54,539 nt of DNA from a virus (lineage: Duplodnaviria; Caudoviricetes), in the IMG/VR virus record IMGVR_UViG_3300032214_000203, positions 1-54,539 of that record; one strand, 5' to 3'. Of the stretch, positions 45,849 through 54,539 are shown piece after piece. The notes beneath the pieces were generated by a model. That model worked only from the letters and a program-made list of their open reading frames with translations, searched no databases and was not told the origin of the DNA. Position numbers and translations under genes: made by a program. Position 1 is the first letter of the stretch; each line of letters begins with the position of its first letter.

Positions 45849-46448
45849 ATGGCTAACACAACTTTCAGCGGCCCCGTCCGCTCGCAGAATGGCTTCCAGA
45901 CCATCTCCGTAAACGCAACCTCCGGAACTGAAACTCTTACAGGGTCTTTTGGTTTCGCCATGGGCACCCCTGCCGCCACTGGCGCAGGCATTGAGGGCAC
46001 CGCCGCCGTTTACGAGACTTCGGTTGCTCGTAACAACGGCATCGTTACCACCTCGATCATGATCGACCTTACTGGCCTGCACTCGGGCGGCACCGCTGGC
46101 GACATCATCGGCAAGAACGGTTCTGGCGTTGCCTACATTGGTCGCGTCACCGCAGCAAACAGCGGCACCGTGTTTGGTGTCCGTATGACTTGCTATGAGC
46201 TTCCGGCTGGCGGCGACACCGACATCGACCTGTACTCGGCGACCGAGGGAACTGGCGTTGAAGACACCGCAATCACCGCTCTGGCTGAAACCCAGATCAT
46301 CAACTCTGGCACTCTGGCTCTCGGATCGGTTGTCTACGGCACCGATATCGCTGCCAATCAGTATCTCTATCTGGTTGGTCAGGGCACCTCGAACGCGGCC
46401 TACACCGCTGGTCGCTTGCTGATCGAAATCTTTGGCTACGACGCCTAA
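45849..46448 (+). CDS. Virion structural protein
   Basis: MANTTFSGPVRS start; Gly/Thr/Ala beta-rich. Confidence 0.7.
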   Translation: MANTTFSGPVRSQNGFQTISVNATSGTETLTGSFGFAMGTPAATGAGIEGTAAVYETSVARNNGIVTTSIMIDLTGLHSGGTAGDIIGKNGSGVAYIGRVTAANSGTVFGVRMTCYELPAGGDTDIDLYSATEGTGVEDTAITALAETQIINSGTLALGSVVYGTDIAANQYLYLVGQGTSNAAYTAGRLLIEIFGYDA

Positions 46449-46460
46449 TAGGAGTCTTTC

Positions 46461-46988
46461 ATGGACGACGTATACGTTCGATCTGGCCATCTGCACAGCA
46501 GTGGGTTTATTTACAAAGAGCGAGCCGCAGTAAAGGCTATCGATGTTGTGGGTAGCTCAAGTGCTGGTATATTGGAGCTATGGGACACAAACCTAGCTCC
46601 TGTAGCCGGAACCTATGGGCGCTCTGGAACAACCGTTACTGTCACAAAAAATGCGCATGGCCTGTCTACTGGCGATTTTGTTGGCATTTCGTTTCAGCCA
46701 GATGCTGGGGTTATTGCCACTCCGGGGAACTACAAGATCACTGTCACGAATGCGAATACTTTTACCTTGACAGACATCAACTCCGGAACAATCTCCAACA
46801 ACCCGGTGTGCCGTTATGTTTCGTCTGTAGTAGATGGAAACAGTGCTAGATGGATGGCTACCTACCATACCTCGGCTAGCGACATATTCTTTAACGGGTT
46901 TTCAATTCCCGGAAATGGATTGTTGGCTCGAATCGGGTTGTACGTTTTCGCAAGCAACCTCGACTCGATCAACATCTACTACGGATGA
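46461..46988 (+). CDS. Virion structural protein
   Basis: AGGAG RBS; TVTVT..AHGL.TGDFV...Y.I.V...NTFT insert also seen in 302..2221. Confidence 0.65.
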   Translation: MDDVYVRSGHLHSSGFIYKERAAVKAIDVVGSSSAGILELWDTNLAPVAGTYGRSGTTVTVTKNAHGLSTGDFVGISFQPDAGVIATPGNYKITVTNANTFTLTDINSGTISNNPVCRYVSSVVDGNSARWMATYHTSASDIFFNGFSIPGNGLLARIGLYVFASNLDSINIYYG

Positions 46989-46992
46989 TCCC

Positions 46993-47253
46993 ATGGCAAA
47001 GACGCCCGCGTGGACACGCAAGGAAGGCAAAGACCCAAAGGGTGGCCTGAATGCAAAAGGGCGGGCGTCAGCCAAGGCTCAGGGTATGAACCTCAAGCCT
47101 CCGGCACCGAGTCCCAAGACCAAAGAAGACAAGGGTCGTAGGGCTTCCTTTTGTGCCCGGATGACAGGCATGAAGAAGAAACTCACGAGTGAGAAGACCA
47201 AGCGCGACCCCAACAGTCGCATTAACAAGAGCCTTCGGGCTTGGAACTGCTGA
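46993..47253 (+). CDS. Small basic protein
   Basis: MAKTPAWTRKEGK.PKGGLN.KGR...RRASFCARM...W.C. Confidence 0.7.
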   Translation: MAKTPAWTRKEGKDPKGGLNAKGRASAKAQGMNLKPPAPSPKTKEDKGRRASFCARMTGMKKKLTSEKTKRDPNSRINKSLRAWNC

Positions 47254-47261
47254 GGTGATGC

Positions 47262-47402
47262 ATGCCGCTTACCGCTAAAGGCAAGAAGATCAAGGCCGCT
47301 ATGGCCAAGCAGTACGGGAAGGAGCGCGGTGAGCGCGTCTTCTACGCCGCTGAGAACAAGGGTTCTATCAAGGGTGTAGCCAAGAAGGGGAAGAAGAAAT
47401 GA
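47262..47402 (+). CDS. Small basic protein (not in ORF track)
   Basis: MPLTAKGKKIKAAMAKQYGKERGERVFYAAENKGSIKGVAKKGKKK*; GAGGT RBS. Confidence 0.7.
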   Translation: MPLTAKGKKIKAAMAKQYGKERGERVFYAAENKGSIKGVAKKGKKK

Positions 47403-47557
47403 TCAGTCGCGCAAACATGGGTAAGCAGATCGCAACTGCGCCATCCAGCAAGAAGCCAAAGATGATGGCCAAGGGTGGCAAGGCTTTCAAGACCTGCGCC
47501 TCTTGCCCGTCGCCTGCAAAGTGCAAGGCAGCAGGTCGTTGCCTGAAGGCAAAGTAA
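47399..47557 (+). CDS. Small basic Cys4 protein (not in ORF track)
   Basis: MISRANMGKQI...MAKGGKAFKTCASCPSPAKCKAAGRCLKAK*; coupled at both ends. Confidence 0.65.
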   Translation: MISRANMGKQIATAPSSKKPKMMAKGGKAFKTCASCPSPAKCKAAGRCLKAK

Positions 47558-47739
47558 TGAAAAAGACTAAGTCACGCGTCAACGAAGCTGGGAACTACAC
47601 AAAGCCTTCCATGAGGAAGGCTCTGTTCGAAAGCATCAAGTCGGGTGGCAAGGGTGGTAAGCCGGGTCAGTGGAGTGCTAGGAAAGCACAGATGCTGGCG
47701 CAGCAGTACAAAGCCAAGGGCGGGGGGTACAGAGATTGA
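47557..47739 (+). CDS. Small basic protein (DUF5872-like)
   Basis: NYTKP..RK...GGKPGQWSARKAQ.LA..YK..GGGY. Confidence 0.7.
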   Translation: MKKTKSRVNEAGNYTKPSMRKALFESIKSGGKGGKPGQWSARKAQMLAQQYKAKGGGYRD

Positions 47740-47990
47740 AAGCTTCCCAGAAAAGTCTAAAGAACTGGACGGAGCAGAAGTGGCGAACCAAATCTGGTAA
47801 GCCGTCCACTCAGGGGCCCAAGGCAACGGGAGAGCGTTATTTGCCTGAATCGGCAATAAAGGCTCTTTCGCCTGCTGAGTATGCCGCAAGCACCAAGGCC
47901 AAGCGTGAAGGCACACGCAAGGGCAAGCAGTTTGTAGCGCAGCCCAAGAATATTGCCAAGAAAACCGCCGCTCACAGAAAGGCCAAATGA
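47736..47990 (+). CDS. Small basic protein
   Basis: QKSLK.WT.QKW.TKSGK...GERYLP..AI..LS. Confidence 0.7.
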   Translation: MKASQKSLKNWTEQKWRTKSGKPSTQGPKATGERYLPESAIKALSPAEYAASTKAKREGTRKGKQFVAQPKNIAKKTAAHRKAK

Positions 47991-48673
47991 TGGCTGTAGT
48001 CACACCAGACCTGCCAGAACTCTTTGAGGAAGCCTACGAGCGGGCGGGCCTTGAGATGCGTTCGGGCTACGATCTTAAAACGGCGCGGCGTAGTCTTAAC
48101 CTGATGACGCTGGAGTGGCAGAACCGTGGACTCAATCTGTTCACGATTGATTCCGGCACACTTGCAATCACTGCAGGCACCGCAACTTATACAATGCCAT
48201 CTGATACCATTGACCTCCTAGAGCATCAGGTTCGTACAGGAACTGGTACAAATCAAACCGACACGGCGCTTGAGCGCATCAGTGTCTCGACATATGCCCA
48301 GCAGACCAACAAGAACACGCAGGGGCGTCCAACTCAGATTTATGTGCAGAGGTTGCCAACCGAAACGAAGATCACACTGTGGCCAGTCCCAGATGCTACG
48401 ACGCCTTACACTCTGGCATACTATCGCCTGAAGGGAATTGATGGCCTGTCGTCGGGTATTGGATCATCTACCAGCTCTGTGCCGCCTCGGTTCGTTCCTG
48501 CTCTTGTGTCTGGTCTTGCCTATTACATCGCCATGAAGAAGCCAGAAGCCGCGAACCGCGTTGCTTCCCTGAAGCAGGAATACGAGTTCCAGTTTAATCT
48601 GGCATCCGGCGAGGATGAAGAGCGTGCATCCGTAAGGTTTGTTCCGTTCAGCTCTTACATGATGGGTGGCTAA
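47987..48673 (+). CDS. Head-tail adaptor/tail tubular protein A-like
   Basis: EEAYER.G...ARRSLNL...W.NRGLNL...GRPTQ...LWPVPD...GLAYY. Confidence 0.65.
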   Translation: MMAVVTPDLPELFEEAYERAGLEMRSGYDLKTARRSLNLMTLEWQNRGLNLFTIDSGTLAITAGTATYTMPSDTIDLLEHQVRTGTGTNQTDTALERISVSTYAQQTNKNTQGRPTQIYVQRLPTETKITLWPVPDATTPYTLAYYRLKGIDGLSSGIGSSTSSVPPRFVPALVSGLAYYIAMKKPEAANRVASLKQEYEFQFNLASGEDEERASVRFVPFSSYMMGG

Positions 48674-48987
48674 TGTCATACGCCAAGGGAAAGTATGCAT
48701 TTGGTTTCTGCGACAAGACCGGGTTTCGCTACCCGCTCAGTGATCTTGTCTGGGAATACAACAATGGGGTCAAGACGGGCTTCCGTGTAGGTCGGGATGT
48801 TGCTGATCCCGATCAGCCGCAAAACTTTCTTGGCCGCGTGAAAATCAATGACCCGCAATCTTTGATGAACCCAAGGCCCGACACATCTCAGGATGCCAGC
48901 AGGCAGCTATGGGGTTGGAATCCGGTTGGGAATCCAGCACAGTATATGGTAGGGTCTGTTGGAACCGTGACTGTGGTCACAACGTAA
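48673..48987 (+). CDS. Hypothetical virion protein
   Basis: YAKGKYA...CD..GFRY...PQ......DPQ.L..PRPD. Confidence 0.65.
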   Translation: MSYAKGKYAFGFCDKTGFRYPLSDLVWEYNNGVKTGFRVGRDVADPDQPQNFLGRVKINDPQSLMNPRPDTSQDASRQLWGWNPVGNPAQYMVGSVGTVTVVTT

Positions 48988-48997
48988 GGAGATCGAC

Positions 48998-49270
48998 ATG
49001 CAAAAGTCACCTCGTCCGAAGGCAAATCCATTCAATAAGCCAAAGCGTCCGCGCACCAGAACTGACAAAGAGATCGATGATATGGCAGATCACTCGATCA
49101 AGCAGGGCGTGAAGTACCAAAAGGCTGGCGGAAAGCTTGAGATGGTCAAGAATGGTGGCAAGAGTGTGCCAGCCTTTGCTGCCGATGGAGTTGGAAAAAT
49201 GCGTGATGGCGGCGGCATGTGCCGTGGCATGGGGTCTGCCACTAAGGGTGGCAAATACCGTATGGGGTAA
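48998..49270 (+). CDS. Small basic protein
   Basis: AAGGAG RBS; VPAFAADGVGKM..GG..RGMG.AT.G. Confidence 0.65.
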   Translation: MQKSPRPKANPFNKPKRPRTRTDKEIDDMADHSIKQGVKYQKAGGKLEMVKNGGKSVPAFAADGVGKMRDGGGMCRGMGSATKGGKYRMG

Positions 49271-49276
49271 GTTCAA

Positions 49277-49933
49277 ATGAACTATTCTGAGCTAGTACAA
49301 GCGATTGAGGACTACACGGAAAACACGGAGACAACCTTCGTGTCCAATATCCCAACGTTTGTACGTCAGGCTGAGGAACGAATCTACCGCACGGTAATGA
49401 TCCCAGAGCTTCGCAAGAACGTCACTGCAAACATGACGGCATCTAACCGTTTCTTGGCGCGACCCTCTGACTTTCTATCTCCGTTCTCTCTTGCTGTGAT
49501 TGATGGAGATGGGAACTACACGTTCCTATTGGACAAGGATGTGAACTTCATTCGAGAAGCTTACCCATCCAATTCAACAACTGGGCTGCCAAAGTACTAC
49601 GCAGAGTTTGATGGCGATGTGCAGTCCACAAACTCTCCGGGCCACTTCATGCTTGGGCCGACCCCGAATGCCAGCTATAGCGTTGAGCTGCACTACTACT
49701 TCGACCCGCCGTCGATTGTAGATTCCGGCACATCTTGGCTTGGCACCAATGCAGAAGAGGTCTTGCTGTATGGAAGTTTGATTAATGCTTACATCTTCAT
49801 GAAGGGTGAGCAGGATGTCATGGCCGCATATCAGCAATCATACGACAACGCACTTCGCCGCCTTGTGAACCTTGGCGATGGACGGTTGAAACGCGACAGC
49901 TATCGAGATGGCGAGCCAAGGATCAACATGTAA
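49277..49933 (+). CDS. Tail/connector protein (putative)
   Basis: MNYSEL..AI.DYTEN...AE.RI...G.PKYY...PTP...LLYGSL..AY.FMKG. Confidence 0.65.
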   Translation: MNYSELVQAIEDYTENTETTFVSNIPTFVRQAEERIYRTVMIPELRKNVTANMTASNRFLARPSDFLSPFSLAVIDGDGNYTFLLDKDVNFIREAYPSNSTTGLPKYYAEFDGDVQSTNSPGHFMLGPTPNASYSVELHYYFDPPSIVDSGTSWLGTNAEEVLLYGSLINAYIFMKGEQDVMAAYQQSYDNALRRLVNLGDGRLKRDSYRDGEPRINM

Positions 49934-50229
49934 TGTTTGAGGTCAAGCTAAGCATTCCACGCGATGAGCCTGTTGTCTTGGTGAAGACAACCCACAACCG
50001 TGGCTTCACGCCAGAGGAATTGGCGGAGCAGTGCGTGAACCGAATTGTGTCTGTCTCTGATAGCGCGCATCCGGGGATTCGAGATCAGGCTCGCGCGTTT
50101 CAAGGCAACATTGAAACGCTTGTGGCGAGCTACATGCGGCAGGCTATTCGCAGTGACCGTACAACTGTGTATAATGCGCTAACAGATGCGGGCCATCCGG
50201 AACTGGCCGAACTCATAAGGAGACTCTGA
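49933..50229 (+). CDS. Hypothetical protein
   Basis: TAATG coupling; TT.NRG.TPEE.A. Confidence 0.65.
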   Translation: MFEVKLSIPRDEPVVLVKTTHNRGFTPEELAEQCVNRIVSVSDSAHPGIRDQARAFQGNIETLVASYMRQAIRSDRTTVYNALTDAGHPELAELIRRL

Positions 50230-50230
50230 C

Positions 50231-50668
50231 ATGGCCTTCACTGGCAACTTTATGTGCACGTCCTTTAAACAGGAAGCCCTGCAGGGCGTACACAACTTCA
50301 CCAACGGCACGGGCAACACCTTTAAGCTGGCGCTCTACACCAACAGTGCCTCGTTCACGGCAGCGACAACGGCATATACCTCAAGCAACGAGGTAGGTGC
50401 TTCTGGGTCGTATTCGGCTGGTGGTGGCGCTTTGACCAATGTCACGCCAACAACCAGTGGCACGACAGCCTTTGCTGACTTTAACGACCTGACATTCACC
50501 TCGGCCACAATCACGGCTCGCGGCGCGTTGATCTATAACGACTCTGCTGCTGGTGATCCGGCTGTTGTTGTATTGGACTTTGGGTCAGACAAAACCTCAA
50601 CTGCTGGGGACTTCACTGTTGTCTTCCCAACGGCAGACGCCTCGAACGCACTTATCAGGATCGCCTAA
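50231..50668 (+). CDS. Virion structural protein
   Basis: CTSFK.E...G.HNF...FKLALYT...ARGALIYN...VLDFGSDKTS. Confidence 0.7.
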   Translation: MAFTGNFMCTSFKQEALQGVHNFTNGTGNTFKLALYTNSASFTAATTAYTSSNEVGASGSYSAGGGALTNVTPTTSGTTAFADFNDLTFTSATITARGALIYNDSAAGDPAVVVLDFGSDKTSTAGDFTVVFPTADASNALIRIA

Positions 50669-50671
50669 GAC

Positions 50672-51286
50672 ATGACAGATGTCGTCGTCCCCTTTAGCGG
50701 CTGGGGCCGAGCGGGGTTCGGCGAACTCGCTTGGGGTGAAGGCAGTATTGCTGTTGGCTTTGCCACTGGTGAAGTCGGCAGCGTTGCGGTTACCACAACT
50801 GAGAATGTGTCTGTCAGTGTTACTGGCGTCTCTGGGTCTGGTGAAGTCGGGACGGCAACCGTTGAGGCTGATGGCTTTGCGGTTGTTACTGGCGTTGCCG
50901 CATCTGGTGAAGCTGGAAGCGTCACGGTCTCTGAGGGCTCAGGCGTATCTGTAAACGTCACAGGCGTTGAGGCCGTTGGGGCCGTAGGAACGGCTGGCGT
51001 GCAGGAATCTGTCTCGGTCAGCGTTACCGGGGTTGAGGCTACTGGCGGCGTTGGAAGCGTTGCTATTGTTGGCGAGGCAAACGTCAGCGTCACTGGCGTT
51101 AGCGGAACTGGGCAGGTCGGTCAGGTTACTACTATCTGTGATGCCAATGTTTTCGTGATTGGCGTTTCGGCTACAGGACTTGTCAAACCTGTGCTAGTGT
51201 GGGGCAGGATTGTCCCAGACCCCGGAACTGTTTATACTGAGATTACACCCTCAGTCGGCACCATCTGGACTGAAATCGCGGCGTAA
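50672..51286 (+). CDS. Val/Gly/Thr repeat fibre-like protein
   Basis: About 20-22 aa repeats V.VTGV.A.G.VG.V. Confidence 0.65.
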   Translation: MTDVVVPFSGWGRAGFGELAWGEGSIAVGFATGEVGSVAVTTTENVSVSVTGVSGSGEVGTATVEADGFAVVTGVAASGEAGSVTVSEGSGVSVNVTGVEAVGAVGTAGVQESVSVSVTGVEATGGVGSVAIVGEANVSVTGVSGTGQVGQVTTICDANVFVIGVSATGLVKPVLVWGRIVPDPGTVYTEITPSVGTIWTEIAA

Positions 51287-51295
51287 GGAACCAAA

Positions 51296-52099
51296 ATGCC
51301 AAGTTCATATACTCAGACAGGCATAGAGCTGATTGCCACTGGTGAACAGTCTGGCACATGGGGCTCGACCACAAACACCAACCTGCAGATCATTGACCGC
51401 CTAACCAACGGAATTGGTGCAATTGCACTTTCCGGAACAACGCATACACTGACGACAGCGGATGCAACGTTGTCTGACGGACAGTATGCTGTTCTGGTTT
51501 TCGGTGGAAGCCCGAGTGGAACCAACACGGTGACCATCTCGCCCAATGACGGACAGCATTTGTATGTTGTTAAGAACTCCTCGGGACAGAGCGTAGTTCT
51601 GACGCAGGGCTCTGGTGGCAATGTCACTGTAGCCAACGGCGACACAAAGATTGTGTACAGTGATGGTGCTGGCGCAGGGGCTGCTGTGGTAGACCTTACC
51701 GCTGACCTTGCCATGTCGAGCGTCAACATCACTGGCGGCTCAATTACTGGCATCACCGATTTGGCAATTGCGGATGGCGGTACGGGGGCTTCAACTGCAG
51801 GCGCTGCACGCACAAACCTCGGACTGGGAACTGGAGACAGCCCAACGTTCACTGCTGTCACTGCTGGTCAGGTGGACATTACGGCGCAAGGAGACCTTCG
51901 CCTTCAGGACACTACGGGCGGACAGTACATTGCGCTTCATGCTCCCGGCACTGTTTCCGTCAGCTACACTCTAACGCTACCTGCAGCAGATGGCACGAGC
52001 GGACAGGCTTTGGTGACAGACGGCTCCGGAAATTTGAGCTTTGGTAGTGCGGGCATTTCAACAGGCAAGGCCATCGCCATGGCCATCGTGTTCGGCTAA
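51296..52099 (+). CDS. Tail fibre-like protein
   Basis: GEQSGTWG.TTN.N, GGTGASTA..AR.NLG, YTLTLP.ADG..GQ.L.TDGSGNLS, C-terminal KAIAMAIVFG. Confidence 0.7.
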   Translation: MPSSYTQTGIELIATGEQSGTWGSTTNTNLQIIDRLTNGIGAIALSGTTHTLTTADATLSDGQYAVLVFGGSPSGTNTVTISPNDGQHLYVVKNSSGQSVVLTQGSGGNVTVANGDTKIVYSDGAGAGAAVVDLTADLAMSSVNITGGSITGITDLAIADGGTGASTAGAARTNLGLGTGDSPTFTAVTAGQVDITAQGDLRLQDTTGGQYIALHAPGTVSVSYTLTLPAADGTSGQALVTDGSGNLSFGSAGISTGKAIAMAIVFG

Positions 52100-52110
52100 G
52101 GAGATAAGCT

Positions 52111-52485
52111 ATGGCAAACCCGAATATCGTCAACGTCACCTCGATCTACGGCAAGTCAGCCGTGGTCAACCTGACAACCACTTCTGCAACCGCAGTGGTG
52201 AGTAATCCAGCGTCGAGCGGCAAGGTCTTCAAGATCAACTCGCTTGTGGTCTCAAACGTGGACGGCACAAACGCTGCCGACATCACGGTCAGCTACTACA
52301 GCGAAGACGACATTGGCGGAACGGCGACCCAGATCGTGAGCACCGTGAGCGTGCCTGCGGATGCCTCGCTGGTGGTGATCGACAAGAACACCTCGATCTA
52401 CCTTGAAGAAGACCGCTCGATTGGAGCAACGGCTGGTGCAGCGAACGACCTCAAGGTGATAATCTCTTATGAGGACATATCATAA
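52111..52485 (+). CDS. Tail-associated hypothetical protein
   Basis: MANPNIVNVTSIYGK...VPADASL...SYEDIS; AAGGAG RBS. Confidence 0.7.
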   Translation: MANPNIVNVTSIYGKSAVVNLTTTSATAVVSNPASSGKVFKINSLVVSNVDGTNAADITVSYYSEDDIGGTATQIVSTVSVPADASLVVIDKNTSIYLEEDRSIGATAGAANDLKVIISYEDIS

Positions 52486-52487
52486 AA

Positions 52488-53081
52488 ATGCAGGAGCAGC
52501 TTGTGGAAAAAGCTGCCTGCGTTTATTCCGTGACCAATAAGGTTAACGGAAAAATGTACATTGGCGTGACTGTTGAATACGAACGTCGGCAGCGCAGCCA
52601 TCTTAAACACAACATCAGAACCCGGTCGCTGCTCAAAAAGGCTGTCGCAAAATACGGGGAAGAGAACTTTGTGTTTAAGGTTCTTTGCATCGGAACGAGG
52701 GACTACTGCTATCTCGTGGAACCCCGGTTCATAGCTGCGTACAACACCCGCACGCCTGAAGGGTACAACATCTGCTCTGGCGGAAAAGGTTCCAAGGGCT
52801 TGCTTGCAGAGTACAACGGGATGTACGGTAGAACCGGCGAGCTCCACCCGCACTTTGGCAAGCCCGGGTACAGGAAAGGTATTCCTCACACAGAGGAAAC
52901 AAAACAGAAGATGCGGGAGGCGCATCTAGGTAAGGTTTTCTCCGAGGAGACTCGGAGGAAGATTAGCGAAAACGCTAAGAAAAGGCCTGAGCACATGGCC
53001 AAGATGTGGGAGGCGGCACGAGTGGCTTGCGAAAAAAGAAAACTCTTGGCCATGAAAACGCCCCTAAAGGACGAGGAGTAG
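52488..53081 (+). mobile_element. Free-standing GIY-YIG homing endonuclease with NUMOD3 repeats
   Basis: VYSVTNKVNGKMYIG, R..SH, E, GYN; HTEETKQKMREA and FSEETRRKISE. Confidence 0.85.
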
Positions 53082-53084
53082 ACC

Positions 53085-54461
53085 ATGACTACGTCCCAAG
53101 GCGGCTACGTCGACGGCGGCTTTGACCTTCTGAAAGCCCCCGACGCCCCGACCATCACGTCTGTCACGAACGGCATCGGAACCATGTCCGTGGCATTCAC
53201 TGCGCCCGCCAACCCCGGCGGAAGCGCGGTCACGGGCTATACGGTCACGGCGATCAACGAAAGCACCGGGGCATCCGTCGGCGCGACTGGGTCGGCGTCT
53301 CCGATTACTGTAGCCACGGGCGCAGGCACCTTTAGGGTTCGATCTGCCGCAACCAACATCTATGGGCCGGGTCGGGTGTCTGCGTTCAATACTGGGAACG
53401 TGGTGTTTTCTGGGGCGAGCTTGTGGAGCTGGGGCGAGAACAGCGTCGGCGCAGTTGGCGATGGAACTGTCATCAACCGCTCAAGCCCCGTTCAAATTGG
53501 TGCTTTAACTACTTGGGGCTTTGTTTCTAGTAGTCGCGCTACAAAAACCGCTCTAAGAGCCGATGGAACCCTATGGGCTTGGGGGCAAAATGCTTTCGGC
53601 GCCTTGGGCCAAAACAATACTATCAATAGATCAAGTCCCGTTCAGATCGGTGCTTTGACAAACTGGTCGAAGTCGTCGGCCTCTGTGAACCATGTCGTGG
53701 CGACTAAGTCTGATGGTACGTTATGGTCTTGGGGAAATAACAGCTCCGGAGAACTTGGAGACGGCACAACTGTCAACAAATCTAGTCCCGTTCAAGTCGG
53801 CGCACTCACCAATTGGGCTCAGGTTTCCGCTGTTTCCGGTGTTACAGCCGCTATCACAACTACTTCACAGTTGTGGACATGGGGTTCTGGAAGTTATGGT
53901 CGCCTCGGGCAAAACAGCACCGTTAGCCGATCCAGCCCCGTTCAAATCGGCGCACTCACCAATTGGGCTCAGGTTTCTGTGGGCGAATCAACGGGTGCGC
54001 AGCATGCAGTAAAAACAGATGGTACACTTTGGGGGTGGGGAAGATATATTGGCGATGGAACTGCGACATTTCGTTCCAGCCCTGTTCAGATCGGCACCCT
54101 TGCAGACTGGGCTCAGGTCTCTTGCGGTGCAAGCGGAGAACATACGTCGGCCATCAAAACGGATGGGACTCTTTGGTCTTGGGGTATAAACACTTTTGGA
54201 CAACTTGGAGACGGCACCACAAGCAATCGACTGAGCCCCGTGCAAATCGGCATTCTGACAAATTGGTCTCAGATTTCAACCTCTGGGCTCGCCGATGTGT
54301 TTGCGGTAAAAACGGACGGCACTCTTTGGGCATGGGGACGAGGAACTGATGGTGACCTTGGTGACAACACAAATGCCAACAAGAGCAGTCCCGTTCAGGT
54401 CGGTGCCCTTACATCATGGTACTTGGTGAGCAACACCCTCGCCCTCTACGGAGTAACCTAA
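53085..54461 (+). CDS. FN3 + RCC1/BLIP-II beta-propeller repeat protein
   Basis: AP.APTI..V..F.AP..GGS.VTGY FN3; seven repeats of DGTLW.WG.N..G.LG....SSPVQ.G.LT.W. Confidence 0.88.
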   Translation: MTTSQGGYVDGGFDLLKAPDAPTITSVTNGIGTMSVAFTAPANPGGSAVTGYTVTAINESTGASVGATGSASPITVATGAGTFRVRSAATNIYGPGRVSAFNTGNVVFSGASLWSWGENSVGAVGDGTVINRSSPVQIGALTTWGFVSSSRATKTALRADGTLWAWGQNAFGALGQNNTINRSSPVQIGALTNWSKSSASVNHVVATKSDGTLWSWGNNSSGELGDGTTVNKSSPVQVGALTNWAQVSAVSGVTAAITTTSQLWTWGSGSYGRLGQNSTVSRSSPVQIGALTNWAQVSVGESTGAQHAVKTDGTLWGWGRYIGDGTATFRSSPVQIGTLADWAQVSCGASGEHTSAIKTDGTLWSWGINTFGQLGDGTTSNRLSPVQIGILTNWSQISTSGLADVFAVKTDGTLWAWGRGTDGDLGDNTNANKSSPVQVGALTSWYLVSNTLALYGVT

Positions 54462-54539
54462 ATGCCGAATTTCTCCGCAAAATGGGGCTTGATGGAGCAA
54501 CTGCAGGCCGTGGCCGCAGGGACGTGGACGGGGATTCCG
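54462..54539 (+). CDS. Start of next gene (3'-truncated)
   Basis: MPNFSAKWGLMEQLQAVAAGTWTGIP..., GGAG RBS, open to the window end. Confidence 0.6.
   Translation, partial: MPNFSAKWGLMEQLQAVAAGTWTGIP

Noticed and set aside
53085-54461. Diversity-generating retroelement target/template
   Set aside because: Repeats are in-frame protein blades without adenine-specific differences, and no reverse transcriptase is in the window.

Overview
The window is most of a tailed dsDNA phage genome with podovirus-like organisation, cut at both ends inside the tail/accessory region. 1-20.1 kb (+): end of an ADP-heptose epimerase-like gene, a tail nozzle gene, a lysis cassette (membrane proteins, SNase-like nuclease, GH19 endolysin), ejection proteins and a 3120-aa polyvalent protein. 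20.1-35.3 kb (mostly -): recombination genes (Sak3, SSB, PD-(D/E)XK exonuclease), RusA and a Twinkle/T7-gp4-like primase-helicase on +, then many small early genes with a MoxR AAA/vWA pair. 35.8-54.5 kb (+): terS, terL, portal, GroES, scaffold, major capsid, basic mini-proteins, tail genes, a GIY-YIG endonuclease and an RCC1-repeat protein. I see no DNA polymerase, integrase, RT, tRNA or CRISPR. The best candidate for an undescribed system is inside the giant gene. Its effector-like modules (metallopeptidase | RelA/SpoT-like | SAM-lyase-like | HhH-glycosylase-like | PBECR RNase-like | LPD38) are each separated by a recurring [QFY]-S-R-[ILM] motif. Three modules are directly followed by a small out-of-frame or antisense ORF with its own ribosome-binding site, hidden in the linker. 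This suggests a self-processing injected effector polyprotein with nested cognate antidote genes. A genome-wide palindrome (GTTC-N4-GAAC) and a duplicated 30-bp-period element also stand out. All family assignments come from motif recognition by eye, not from database searches.
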